From: Octopus sinensis
Taxonomy: Eukaryota
Assembly (NCBI RefSeq): GCF_006345805.1
Contig: NC_043007.1
Span: 30,566,001-30,630,000 of the forward strand
DNA: 64,000 nucleotides
Reading direction: 5' to 3'
The position numbers and the translations under genes were made by a program. Shown here piece by piece: positions 1 to 11,979 of this stretch. Position 1 is the stretch's first letter; every line of letters starts with the position of its first letter. The notes beneath the pieces were generated by a model. That model was not told the DNA's origin, did no database searches, and worked only from the letters and a program-made list of their open reading frames with translations.

Positions 1-689
1 CTAATATATATATAAATATATATATATCATTATAGATGGAATAACTTGCAGTATTCGTTTCGGCTCTTTTCCTTCTGAGTTACATCTCTTAAATTGCCCG
101 ATTTTTAGATAATCCAGAGGCAAACTGCTAATTGATTATTTTCCTAAGAGTGAAGGTGGGATGGTAACGTAAGCGATCTTTTTCTTTTGTACGAGAAATA
201 AACGCTAAATTAGCAGAGGTGGGGTGCCCCTGGTGGACGCCCCAGTGGGATGGCGCAGATCGTATTTAATTTTTGTATTAAATACAGCTCCCTTATGCAC
301 CACAACAAGCCATAATAAATTAATGTTGAGGGGAACTGGCGTCAGCAGATCGCCTTGACTTAACAAGACGCCCTGCCCCCCACCAGTGAGAAACCAGTCG
401 CGATGAAACGCGCTCAAATCTATTGCTTCATCTTTGATATCATTTTTATATCATCTTTTCTAGCATTCTATATTATTTCTGGTACACATAAAGTTGTTTG
501 CAAACTGCATCTATTTGTAAATTTACAAAAGTATTTCGTCTTATAATTCTGATAACAAACTTTGTCAAGAACTGATGAACCATACCACATTTAAAGATAG
601 GGAGGCAAAAACGAACTTTGAGTTGCTTGAGTAAATGAACAGCGGGATGAAGTAGCGAAAAACCGCTTCAAAATCGCAAAAGCTGCATG

Positions 690-2530
690 AAATATTTATG
701 TCTGATGGTCACATGTGGAGTGGTTTGCGTTGTGTTTATTGTCGTGATACAATAATTGCTAGGAGTTTTGCTAAGGGAAAGAAATTTGAAGACACTTAGA
801 AGCAAGACTTCCATAAACTTGGAAAACAACTATTGCTTGTGAACAGAGTACTGCACTTGCTACGTGAGATTTCGAGTGATCAAGAGCGAAAATAATCAAA
901 CTGAGAGCAGATTAAAGTTATTTATAATCCCGTTTTAGCCTTTCAGATAAATAACTATTTAATTTCAGTTCAGCATTTTAATGGCCGTATGTAAAAAGAT
1001 GTTGAAAGTTTTTGACAGCTGGTGAGGCAATAATTATGTGCTTGAATTTATAGAATGATGCAACTTCGTTGTTGAAATATACATGTTTAAACAAACTGCA
1101 TCTGCAAATTTTCACACCTTGACAATTGATGAAAACACTAAATTACCTGTTGATAAATATCTTGTTTTCTATTTCCAGTTCAGACGTAACTATTGCAGTG
1201 AGTATAAAACATTTTCGTGGAATAATCCAGTTGCATGTTTGTGATGTATCTTCTATCGTGACTGATATTAAATAGTTTTCAGTAAAGAAGGCTTGGTCTC
1301 CTGAAAAATTATGTTAGGGTGCTAGATTCCCTTGTTCGAAAATATAAGGACACAGATCGTGTCGTACAGTCAGCTGGAGATGATGTCTTCTGGGGCTAAA
1401 CTACAGCAACATTCGTCCTCAACCAGGACTGCCATGTTATGTTGGCAAGCAATCCTTACTCCGAAGTACTTTTGCTGAATATCTCTCGTTGTGAGATTTA
1501 CAAATAGTAATTTTCTAATTATGTTTACCTCTGATAGATTCTTAGGGATGTTGAGTAAAATTACTGCGATCGCTGCAAAACTTAAATTTAAAGTAAAATA
1601 TTTTGTCCAGCAACACTGTGCGGCTGCGCAAGCGGTTTTGAGAATCTCTGATACTTGGAAGGAAGTTAGACTAATCAGATACATTAAGAACAATGTGCGA
1701 ACGGTTTTCTCGGTCCACAGAGAAAAGGCGTGAGTCTATGAGTCTAAGGAAATTAATGGAATTTCTGAAAATTGTGTTATTGCATTCAAGCTCCACAATG
1801 AAGAGCAGTGGCTACCCAGAAATTTTGTATTAACGGCAATGATAAAAAAAAAAGCTGTGAGGGACTGATCACATGATCCTATGGTTAATTATTGTTACAA
1901 TAAGTTACCTAACGGGATACTCAAGGTAGCTGTTCGTGTGTTAAGTGATGTCCTTGAAGAACAGACTTCCCTGTGTCAAAAGTAATCTGGTAGAGGGAAT
2001 ATTAAGAAAAGCAGGAAACAGAATTTGGAGGGTTCCGCTCGCTGGAATGAGGAACTTAATACTTTACTTGAACAAGAAACTGAAGCTGTTTGTACTAGTC
2101 TCCTGTTCCCATATAGAGAACGGATTTCCTAAGACTGAAGAACAAGAATAGCGAATGTTTGATATCTCTTCCACTTCAGATTAGATTCTCACACTTGGAA
2201 GCGAACAGGTTTAACACCTTTTGCCTTAAATACAACGAGTTTCCGTTGCGAAGGAAATGATTTCAAATTTTCTTTACAAGAAAAAGGAGAGAAAAAAATG
2301 AAGTCCAAAATTATTCCATGTTTTACTCAATTTGTAGTATTTAGTCTCCAGAAATGAATAATTCAAGTCAAATTTAGAAGCTAGAGTTGCGAATGTGCTG
2401 TGGAATTCCTATAATGAATTTTAAAATTTATTTGAAAGTTTAAGTTAATTAATTAGTTGATAGTGAAAACAAGAATGTCTGAGGAAAGACTAGAGTTAAA
2501 AGAGTGTGAATGATCGAGGCCCCTATCAGT
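690..2530 (+). pseudogene. Degenerate hAT-superfamily transposase (frameshifts/stops)
   Basis: Motifs in the expected order: GLRCVYCRDT...FAKGKKF (Zn-finger-like, ~720), FHTLTIDENTK (first catalytic D, ~1110), GMLSKITAIAAKLK...QQHCAA (CxxH region, ORF 1491-1733), then IMN...TRMSEERLE...IEAP (dimerisation-like, ~2400-2525). TIRs not identified. Confidence 0.7.
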
Positions 2531-2889
2531 GCCTGCAGCGACTGAACGAAGTAAAAGGAGCCCCTGATTCAAATATGTAAGAAACAGATTCAGTCAACAA
2601 GAGGCCATTACTCTTGGAGAATATCGTATCTGAGAGTGTGGAAGATTTCGTTAATATCAAGGATGACAACAAAACTTTTGCTGATGTTAAGAGCGAAAAG
2701 TTAAAGAATCCAGGAATAATGAGAACCTTTATCTGGCAGATGTGGTTCTATGAAAACGGTTGTGCCGATCATTGGAGGCATAAAGGTAACGAAGTTGGTG
2801 GTTGGTGTTTAACTAATGTTGTATTTTGAGAGAAGAGCTGCTGTTTTGTTACTTCGTCTCCATTCCAATAAAATAACATGCCTCACTTG

Positions 2890-3040
2890 TTGCATTTGCG
2901 ATCCTAAAGATCGTAATTTCGATTCCCAGACCGAGCGGCGTATTGTCTTCTTGAGCAAGACTCTTCACTTCACTTTGTTTCAGGCCACACAGCTTATAAA
3001 AGAGTGGAACTGTTATAACGGACTGGTGTCTCATTCGGGG
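2890..3040 (+). mobile_element. tRNA/CORE-type SINE fragment
   Basis: B-box-like TTTCGATTCC followed by CTTGAGCAAGAC...CTTCAC (CORE-like); resembles 53742-53950. Confidence 0.45.
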
Positions 3041-3298
3041 TGGTGGTGGTGTGATGGTGGTGGTGATGGTGGTGATGGTGGTGATGGTGGTGATGGTGGT
3101 GGTGGTGGTGATGGTGGTGATAGTGGTGGTGGTGGTGGTGTGGTGGTGGTGGTGGTGGTGGTGGTGGTAGTGGTGGTGGCGGCGGTGGTGGCGGTGGTAG
3201 TGGGGATGATGGTGACGGTGGTGGCGGTGGTGATGATGATAATGATGATGATGATGATGGTGATAATGATGAGGAGGAGAAGGAGAGGAGGAGGGGGA
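3041..3298. repeat. (GGT)n/(GAT)n trinucleotide tract
   Basis: Directly visible. Confidence 0.95.
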
Positions 3299-3646
3299 GG
3301 ATTTTATAGCAGGCGATACAGGCCAGGCTTCCGGTCTTTCGGTAACCCCTTACCTCCCTGCCATCAGCCTTGGTGATCCTGAAAGGGATCCTTGTGGTTG
3401 CTCTCACCGCCCTCGTCACATTCAGTCGACTAAAGAGAGACGCAAATAAAACTCCAATTACACGAATCTCAACTTTATAAATCTGTGGCTCCGTGCCAGA
3501 GCAAGAAATCAATATTTAATTTTGACTTGACTTCATAATCTCACCGATGTAATCATCGACTGACCAGGAGCAGGTAACTGGGATTGCAGTCTAAAGTCTT
3601 CAGCGAAAAACACTAAGGTTTCTTCAACCTACATACCAAGCAAACT

Positions 3647-3695
3647 GCATATATATACATGCATACACGCATGCATACACAAATACATACATACA

Positions 3696-3731
<36 letters not shown>

Positions 3732-3999
3732 TATATAGATATATATATATATATATATATATATGCGCACATACACACATACATGCATGCATACATATAT
3801 GTGTGCGTCTGTGTGTATATATATATATTTTTATGTATATATTTATGTATATATTATATGTATATATTATATTACATACATACATTCACTTGAATATATA
3901 TTTATACACACACATATAATATATATATATATAATATATATTCATACGTATGTATGTATATGTATATATATCTATGTGTGTGTTTGTGTGTATAAACAC

Positions 4000-4030
<31 letters not shown>

Positions 4031-4341
4031 TATATACATATATATATACATATATATATATATACACATATGTACACACACATATGTATGTATGTATGTA
4101 TGTGTGTGTGTGTATAAACACATATATATGTATATATGTACATAATATATATATAATATATATATATATATAATATATATAATATACATATATATACATA
4201 TATATACATATATATGTATACACACATATGTACACACACATATGTATGTATGTATGTATGTATATGTATGTATGTATGTATGTATGTGTGTGTGTGTGTT
4301 GTGTGTGTGTGTGTGTGTGTGTGTGTTGTGTGTGTGTGTGA
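3647..4341. repeat. Compound (TA)n/(CATA)n/(GT)n microsatellite
   Basis: Directly visible; representative of dozens of similar tracts across the window. Confidence 0.95.
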
Positions 4342-4851
4342 CAATTATAATCCTGTTAATATTTCATAATTAAATATCGTTTCTGGCTTCAGACTATTGT
4401 CACCTTTCACATGTAATGTTTTCTTTATATCAAACCCAACCGAAATAAATTACCTTCTAATCCAATGAAGCTTAACTTCTTCTGTTAAATAACGACTCGC
4501 AGAAAAATCGATAGACGTTAATAGGGAATTTCTATGGAACGCCATAACAGCAGCATTCAACGAAGAGCTCAGCAAATATATATACGTGCGTTTGTGTATA
4601 CGTATATAGTTGTACAACTTGAATGAAATGCTAGATTAACGATCATTTACATATTGGAATGATGTTATTAGACTGCATGCATGTATTGAGTTCTCTATTG
4701 TTTAAATTTATACACCACACACACACACACACGCACACACACACACATATATATTTATATACACGTAAATGCGTAAATATGTCCATTTAACTATCGCAAC
4801 CTGCGTCTCACTTCTTCTCTCCCTTTACATATACAGAATATAGCTTCTTTT

Positions 4852-5239
4852 GGAGGCGCAATGGCCCAGTGGTTAGGGCAGCGGACTCGCGGTTATAGGA
4901 TCGCGGTTTCGATTCCCAAACCGGGCGTTGTGAGTGTTTATTGAGTGAAAACACCTAAAAGTTCCTCGAGGCTCCGGCAGGAGATGGTGGTGATCCCTGC
5001 TGTACTCTTTCACCACAACTTTCTCTCACTCTTACTTCCTGTTTCTGTTGTACCTGTATTTCAAGGGGCCGGCCTTATCACTCTCTGTGTCACGCTGAAT
5101 ATCCCTGAGAACTATGTTAAGGGTACACGTGTCTGTGGAGTGCTCAGCCACTTACACGTTAATTTCACGAGCAGGCTGTTCCGTTGATTGGATCAACCGG
5201 AACCCTCATCGTCGCAACCGACGGAGTGCTTCCAGCACC
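4852..5239 (+). mobile_element. Full-length tRNA-derived SINE with 12-bp TSD
   Basis: A-box TGGCCCAGTGG, B-box-like GGTTTCGATTCCC; TSD ATAGCTTCTTTT at 4840-4851 and 5240-5251; RTE-like 3' end. Confidence 0.9.
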
Positions 5240-5331
5240 ATAGCTTCTTTTATAACGAAAACGTCACATAGCTAATGGTATGTCTTTAGCTAAAATAATT
5301 TACTTTTACTAGCATCATCCAGTCTCATCAT

Positions 5332-5526
5332 CCAGTCATTTGACCGCGGCCATGCTGGAGCACCACCCTCAGTCGACCTCAGGACTTATTCTTTGTAAGC
5401 CTAGTATTTATTTTATTAGCCTCTTATGCCGAACCGCTAAGCTACGGAGACATAAACGCACCAGCATCATCGATGTTGTCAAGCGATGTTGGGGGGGGGG
5501 CAAACACAAACACAGAAACAAACACA

Positions 5527-5573
<47 letters not shown>

Positions 5574-5727
5574 GGCGGGTTTCTTTCAGTTTCCGTCAAC
5601 CAAATCCACTCATAAGGCTTTGGTCGGCCCGAGGCTATCGTAGAAGACACTTGGCCAAGGTTTCACACAGTGGGACTGACCCCAGAACCATGTGGTTGGG
5701 AAGCAGGCTTCGTACTACACACCCACA
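5332..5727 (-). mobile_element. tRNA/CORE-type SINE family A with internal (TA)n
   Basis: Minus strand: tRNA-like head, ACCTTGGCCAAGTGTCTTCTAC core, tail ending GCTCCAGCATGGCCGCGGTCAAATGACTG; family recurs 5 or more times. Confidence 0.85.
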
Positions 5728-6139
5728 TCTGCACCTATTACTGAATTCTTTTTATGCGAGTCACATATGTTGTTACAACCTTAGCTACAATTTTCATAAC
5801 TTATTGGAGATCTCCACCAAACGTACGTGTGCATGTTATATGTCTTACCAAAAACGCTGCAACAAATAAATCACCATGTTGTATAATGACAGACTTTATT
5901 CTGACAAGTCACCAAAAAAAAAAAACAACCCAAAATTAAAAAGAAAACTCTGCATCCCGCTAACCAAACATTTTAGTGAACTGAGGAAGGACAAAGAAAA
6001 AAGAAAAACGAAAAGATTTATTTGAAGCATAGAAAGCGAACAAAATATTTAATATACTTTGTCGCATGTGAGTACTAGACTCGATGTTAGACTTAATTTC
6101 CATGGCAGGTTGGTCTTGAATTTTAACGAGAGGTATAGT

Positions 6140-6470
6140 CAATGATATCCCCTCACCCACCATCAGTACTTGAATGGTACTTTATTTTATCGACCTCAGA
6201 TGGAAGAAGGACGAAGTTAACCTCAAGGGAATTTGAATTCAGAATGTAAAAAAGTTGCACTTTACAAGCATAGAAAATATCAAACGCGTTTAATAGTACC
6301 ACCTTGCGAGAAGATGGCGAGCTGGCAGAAACGTTAGCGATATTTCGTCTACCGCTGCGTTCTGAGTTCAAATTCCGCCATGGTCTATATTACCAGTTAT
6401 CCTTTCGGGATCGATTAAAATAAATACCAGCTGAGAACTGGGGTCGATGTAATAAATTTACCCCCTCCGC
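6140..6470. mobile_element. Two divergent SINE family B copies (6140-6250 minus, 6316-6470 plus)
   Basis: GAGCTGGCAGAAACGTTAGC...GTTCAAATTCCGCC...TCCTTTCGGGATCGAT motif in opposite orientations. Confidence 0.7.
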
Positions 6471-6477
6471 CGTTTAA

Positions 6478-6780
6478 TAGTTAGAGTAAACGGGTCAAAA
6501 TCGTAATGTCGTGAATTCGATTCCGGTCGGCGCGCTGTGTCCTTCAGCAAGGCACTCTACTTCACGTTGTTCCAGTCCACTCACCGAGTTAAAATGAGTT
6601 GTACCTGTATTTCAAAGGGCCAACCATGTCACTTTCTATGTTACATTGAATCCCCCTCAGACCTACATTAAGAGTACATCTGTCTGTGGAGTACTCAGCC
6701 ACTTGTGTGTTAATTTAACGAGAAGACTGTTCCGTTGATCGGATCAAGTGGAACCCTGATCGTCGCAACCGACGGAGTGT
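6478..6780 (+). mobile_element. SINE with CORE-like body and the same 3' half as the 4852 SINE
   Basis: GCTGTGTCCTTCAGCAAGGCACT core-like segment, then GTACCTGTATTTCAAAGGGCC...CGTCGCAACCGACGGAGTG shared with 5050-5229. Confidence 0.75.
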
Positions 6781-7266
6781 CGGAAGATAATCAATATCTG
6801 AAAAAAAACAGAGATAATTGTTACGGTTTCGAGTGTCTTTGAATATAGTTCTTTCGGCGTTAAGACTAATCACTTCAAGGCGTGATATTATGAAGAATTT
6901 AGAAAACAGAAGAAGCAGAAGAATATCTAAGTTAACCTGCAATAGATATATCTTCGACCCGGCACCATTTACAGTATTGCCTCGGTAAGTGGATCTAACG
7001 AAGAAGTGGTTTATCTCGGCTAATAGAAAGCAGAGAAAGATAAATTCTCTATGGTTCAACTATCAATAGTTTGTAAATCTGAAGCCTAACAGAGCTGGAA
7101 CCGTTTTTGTCATTGCTTCATAACCACTTCCCAATTACACACAAACTACGCGAAGTTTTCAAGTGATTCCATGGTAAAAGCCAGCTATTAATATTTGGAC
7201 AACATTGCCTCACGGTTCAAATAACCAAAAACGTAAAACACATGACAAACAGTTTCACGTACACAA

Positions 7267-7313
<47 letters not shown>

Positions 7314-7490
7314 TGGTGTGTGAGTGTGTGTGCAGGCGGGCGGGCATATGTGTGTGTGAGTATTTGTATATACACACATATACATACATATATATTATAT
7401 ATTTTATAACATGCAGATAATACCTATAGATATCGATGCATACATCCCCCACACATATATTTATTATTATTATCATTATTATTATTACTA

Positions 7491-7862
7491 TTAACTCCGC
7501 CTTAGCCAAGGCGGAAGTATTGTCTTCAGTCATGTTTGTTTGTTTGTCCATGGACAAGACCTCTCAAGAACTGCTGGATGGATTCAGATTAAACCTTCAG
7601 GGATGCTTGGCCTCGTGACTGGCTTGAACTGATTAGATTTTGGGATCGATCTGGTACCGGACAAGGATTCTGGATTATTTTCCCGTTGTTTCTTTTACTT
7701 AATTTTTGAGACCGGTCGGGTTCATTTTTTAGTATTCTCGTTTGTGAGAGCAGTCAAGTTTATTTCAGATATTCTCATTTAAAAAAATCATCTCTGGCTA
7801 ATCATTGAGAGGACATTGGTGTTGCCTTGATGGAGGTTTGCGCTCTCTGAGTGCTCTTGCTA
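7491..7862 (+). mobile_element. Non-autonomous Helentron-type (HINE/DINE-1-like) element
   Basis: 5' hairpin CCGCCTT-AGCC-AAGGCGG, short (GTTT)n, 3' sub-terminal repeat CCTTGATGGAG plus hairpin GCGCTC-TCT-GAGTGC. Confidence 0.65.
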
Positions 7863-7886
7863 TTAATATTATTATCACTATTGTAT

Positions 7887-7970
7887 GAGAGAGCAGTGCA
7901 TGCCATCAAAGTGACACTGGGGTAAAATATATGAAGCCCAGTATACCCATCATAACTACCCGTCTGATAA
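7887..7970 (+). repeat. Fragment of the (ATT)n-anchored repeat
   Basis: Matches the start of the 61795 copy (GAGAGAGCAGTGCATGCCATCAAAGTGACACTGGGG). Confidence 0.85.
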
Positions 7971-8478
7971 GAGTTTTTATATAACCTATTTTGTCGAAGG
8001 AAAGAAGTGCCAGGCCCTTACAACATCCGATGTCCTCTATGTGGAAATAATTGTGGGACAGGGTCTGAGTATCAGTTTGGATTACTTGTTGCAAACTTAA
8101 CTCTTCTAAAAACACTAAGAAAGCAATCAACTTGATGCGTTAAACCGAACGGTGTGCATGGCCAGCCACCCTGCTAACAGCATCCAGGGACCAAGTGGTC
8201 GAGTTAAACTAGGGGATGTGTTTAGTCTATCACCCTACTAAGAACACACAACAATCATGTGGTTCTGTTGAAACAGGTAGCTCGGTGATGGTGGTGGGTG
8301 GGCTGCTACCCGTTTAATGTAACGCAACTAAAAAGTGGGGATGTTAGCAAATCTGAAAAAAAGCTTGAATGTTTTTGAGAAACTTATGAAAATGCTTTGG
8401 ACAAGCAAAAGATTAAGCTACTATACAAACTAAAAGCACCCAGACAGTGATGGTAAACAGGATGGTAAGTTAAGCCTA

Positions 8479-8712
8479 GGGCAGCGAGCTGGCAGAACCG
8501 TTAGCACGCCGGGCAAAATGCTGAGTTGTATTTCGTCTGCCGCTGCGTTCTGAGTTCAAATTCCGCCGAGGTCAACTTTGCCTTTCATCCTTTCGGGGTC
8601 GATAAATTAAGTACCAGTGACGCACAGGGGTCGATGTAATCGACTTAATCCGTGTGTCTGTCCTTGTTTATCCTCTCTGTGTTTAGCCCCTTGTGGGTAG
8701 TAAAGAAATAGC
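8479..8712 (+). mobile_element. Full-length SINE family B with 13-bp TSD
   Basis: TSD TAAGTTAAGCCTA at 8466-8478 and 8713-8725. Confidence 0.9.
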
Positions 8713-9483
8713 TAAGTTAAGCCTACCACACAGTGAGCAGGTGTCTTCCAAGCTTTACAAGTTACGTTGACTCTTCTGCTGCTTCTGTTGTATCAGTGAC
8801 GAACCAGATTTTTTTAACCTGACTCATTATTACTTAAATATATCAGACAGAATTGGGAACTAGTTAGAGTTACAGGAATTGATTTTAAACTGAAGAATTT
8901 TCTGGCTGCAAAGAACTAGACTAGCCTTTGTACTGCAATTTTGGCAATATTATAGATATGTTAGCCCTAGCATAGATCAACAGAATATTAACCTGGCGGT
9001 AGTAGTGGAAAATTATTGAAATATGGCCTGTAGACACAACTGAGCTGGACAGAGAAATACAAATCACACAACAAAATCTCCCCCGTCGCCCTCCTCACAT
9101 CCTCCTTGAGTTGGTTACAATCTTATCGTCTCAACCATCAACGATTCGGCTATCAGTTACTGCAATATTCGTAATTCGATAGATTCCAGAGTTAATACAA
9201 GAAATATATTCTTGCTTTCGTTCATAACTAATATTATTACCACTTTACAACTATAATTTAGTGTCCTTCCAACCGTCTTATTTAGAAACATACACACACA
9301 CACACACGCGCGCAAATACATACATGTTTAGACACAAATGTGTGTGTGTGTGTGTGTGGAGAAGGAATAATAGCGGAAACGAATTGGCCAGTGTTGAGCT
9401 CACATCTTTTATATTGCGGGTTGGCATTTATGGGAAAAAAGAAGTGAATATTGAATATAGACACAGATAAACAGATGTATATA

Positions 9484-9553
<70 letters not shown>

Positions 9554-9722
9554 TATAAATTAATTATATATATATATATATATACAGAGACAGAGAGACA
9601 GAGACGGACACACAGACAGATAGATAGAGAGATAGAGAGATAGATAGAGAGATACATACATACATACATGCATAATACATACATGCATACATACATGCAT
9701 AGACGGACAGATAGACAAACAG

Positions 9723-9762
<40 letters not shown>

Positions 9763-9777
9763 GCTAGACTGACAGAT

Positions 9778-9814
<37 letters not shown>

Positions 9815-10084
9815 GGCAGGCAAGCAGGCAGGCAGGCAGACAGATTGATAGATAGGTATGCATATTAGATACACATATACTCATGCATACATGTGTGTGT
9901 GTCGTGTATACGTGTGTCCGAGTGTGTGCATGCGCATATGTACATAAACGTGTTTACGTGCGCACTTAATCCCGTGTCTCACAGTGCAGACGTAGTGCAA
10001 CGTACTGCGTTATCCAAAGTGGAAGCATAATAACAGTGTTGCAGTGTATAATGCAGTGTATTGCAGTGTATTGTAATTTAGCGT

Positions 10085-10240
10085 TTTTATCTGCTGAGGT
10101 GCAGTGTTTCATCTGTACAAATGCCGTCGAGATCGACTTTACCTTGCATCTTTTCGGGGTCGATTAAATAAGCACGAAGTAAGAGGGCTGATATGATCGA
10201 ATTCCCCGCCTCTCAAAATTGTCAGCCACGTGATAACCCC
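10085..10240 (+). mobile_element. SINE family B, diverged
   Basis: GAGATCGACTTTACCTTGCATCTTTTCGGGGTCGATTAAATAAG. Confidence 0.65.
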
Positions 10241-10344
10241 AGGAAGGATTATCGTGTAGTGCTTTCTCTCCTTTTCTCTATTGTGTTGCAGTGTAGCGCA
10301 GTGTTTTATTCTTGCGATGTATTGTAGCGTTTTCATTATAATGT

Positions 10345-10730
10345 AGAGCAGGCGGAGGGCGAGTTCACGCAAGGTGGGCAGGAAAGGCGTGTCGGGGATA
10401 CAATCAAAGCCTCATCGAAGGGCTTTGTGGTCAACCCCGACAGCTGGGCAACGCAAGCACAAGACGGCCCTACCTGGCGAATCTGTTCAAACAGAGGTGC
10501 CAACTCGTACGAACAGAACAGGATTTCAGCGGCGGCACAGAGCACACACGAACTGTGCCAGTCCAGTGCCACCTCCTTGCCCTCAGTGCCAACAGGCCAC
10601 CAGAGCTCAACTTGTGGCAAAGCCTTCCGATCATGCATCGGACTAATTGACCACAGCCAGACACACCGTTATCTATCTTCTTCTCCTTTGTGGTGTCCAT
10701 GGTCATCGTCGACAACGACGGACGAAACTA
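10345..10730 (+). mobile_element. RTE-BovB-like LINE 3' end
   Basis: VNPDSW..AQD..TWR..GA.SYEQ.R...TCGKAFRS.IGLI.H..TH (ORF 10427-10741), typical of the RTE C-terminus with C2H2 knuckle; ends TCATCGTCGACAACGACGGACG. Confidence 0.85.
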
Positions 10731-10775
10731 ATATTGTATAACGTTTAATCATATTATATATATATATATATATTA

Positions 10776-10810
<35 letters not shown>

Positions 10811-10821
10811 TATATATATAT

Positions 10822-10935
10822 TGAAACGTTAAGACTTTGGGTTGTTTATTTATTGATATTTCCTGAGCGCCCTCTAATACAATTATATTATATTGTTTCC
10901 ACCTGCCTAGTATTTGTTTTTTCTAAAGCTTCCCG
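10822..10935 (+). mobile_element. Truncated hammerhead-tail element between (TA)n tracts
   Basis: Starts at GAAACGTTA; the tail resembles 33605-33710 (minus) and 57748-57845. Confidence 0.5.
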
Positions 10936-10969
<34 letters not shown>

Positions 10970-10976
10970 ATATATA

Positions 10977-11239
10977 AGTTCAGCCAAATTTTGATTCTGG
11001 ATGAATATGGTACTTAAGTGAAAGGCACCAGAATTTAGTATGGTATTATCCATATAAATCAAATGGAGAGTGATTATAACCAAATAAGCAACAAGGATAT
11101 CCATGGTAGTGTAGTCAAATTGTTTCATGCTACTTCATTTTATTAAACATATTATTAAATACAGTGTTTAAATAAAATGAAGAAGTAGATGAAACAATGT
11201 ACTACTCTACTTTGGATATACTTGTTGCTTATTTTGATT

Positions 11240-11242
<3 letters not shown>
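10977..11242 (-). mobile_element. Fold-back mini-element (inverted ~70-bp arms plus ~95-nt tail) in (TA)n
   Basis: Arms ~11075-11149 and ~11165-11242; reverse-orientation relative of 22843-23097. Confidence 0.8.
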
Positions 11243-11291
<49 letters not shown>

Positions 11292-11979
11292 CAGTGCTTA
11301 TGCATTTTTTTATCTCCCATACCGTAGTACAGAGATCTAATCAGTGCTTCGCAATGTTGGGGTCTTTTATCTTGTTGCGTAGCGTATAGTAGTGCTTCAA
11401 CAGCGGCAGCGTGATTTATTGTAAGTAGTCATACACCTCTTGCCGTGTATTACACTGTTGTTCTGTATTACTATTCTCCATACAGGCTGTGGGTTGAAGT
11501 ATTTTATGTAAAGCAGTGTATCGCAGTGTCGTAGTGTCTATTAACCTTTGCAGGGTAGTATTGTCTATCCAAGTGTTTTATCTACTGCATCGTAGCCTAT
11601 CGCAGTGCCTTTTCTTTGTTTGTCTATCGTAGTGTAATGTAGCATCTTAACATCATCGATGGTGTACAGTATTGAAGTGTATATGAACTGTAGCAACATA
11701 TTGTAGTGTTTTGTAGTAGATTCATCAATTGTAATCGCTTCTAATACAGTGTAGAGTTTTTCAATGTTTCCTATCCGTCTTCTATTTTTCCTGTTCAATG
11801 CCACAGAAAGTATTTCTCTTATTGATTTTTCCTGTTTTACCATTCCAAGGTGTAGCACCAACATACGGCACAATATTCCAGTTAGTAGTAACTATATACT
11901 TCAGACAATTTCACAATTTCCAAATCGATCGATAAAAACTCGAAGACTTAAGACTCCTACATTTACCATTATTTTTGCT

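Noticed and set aside
205-417. ORF with QGDLLTP..NI resembling an RT motif
   Set aside because: No YADD or other RT motifs nearby; likely chance within the hAT flank
4852-4925. tRNA-like sequence as a tRNA gene
   Set aside because: Continues into a SINE body/tail with TSD; no convincing acceptor stem. The same applies to other SINE heads
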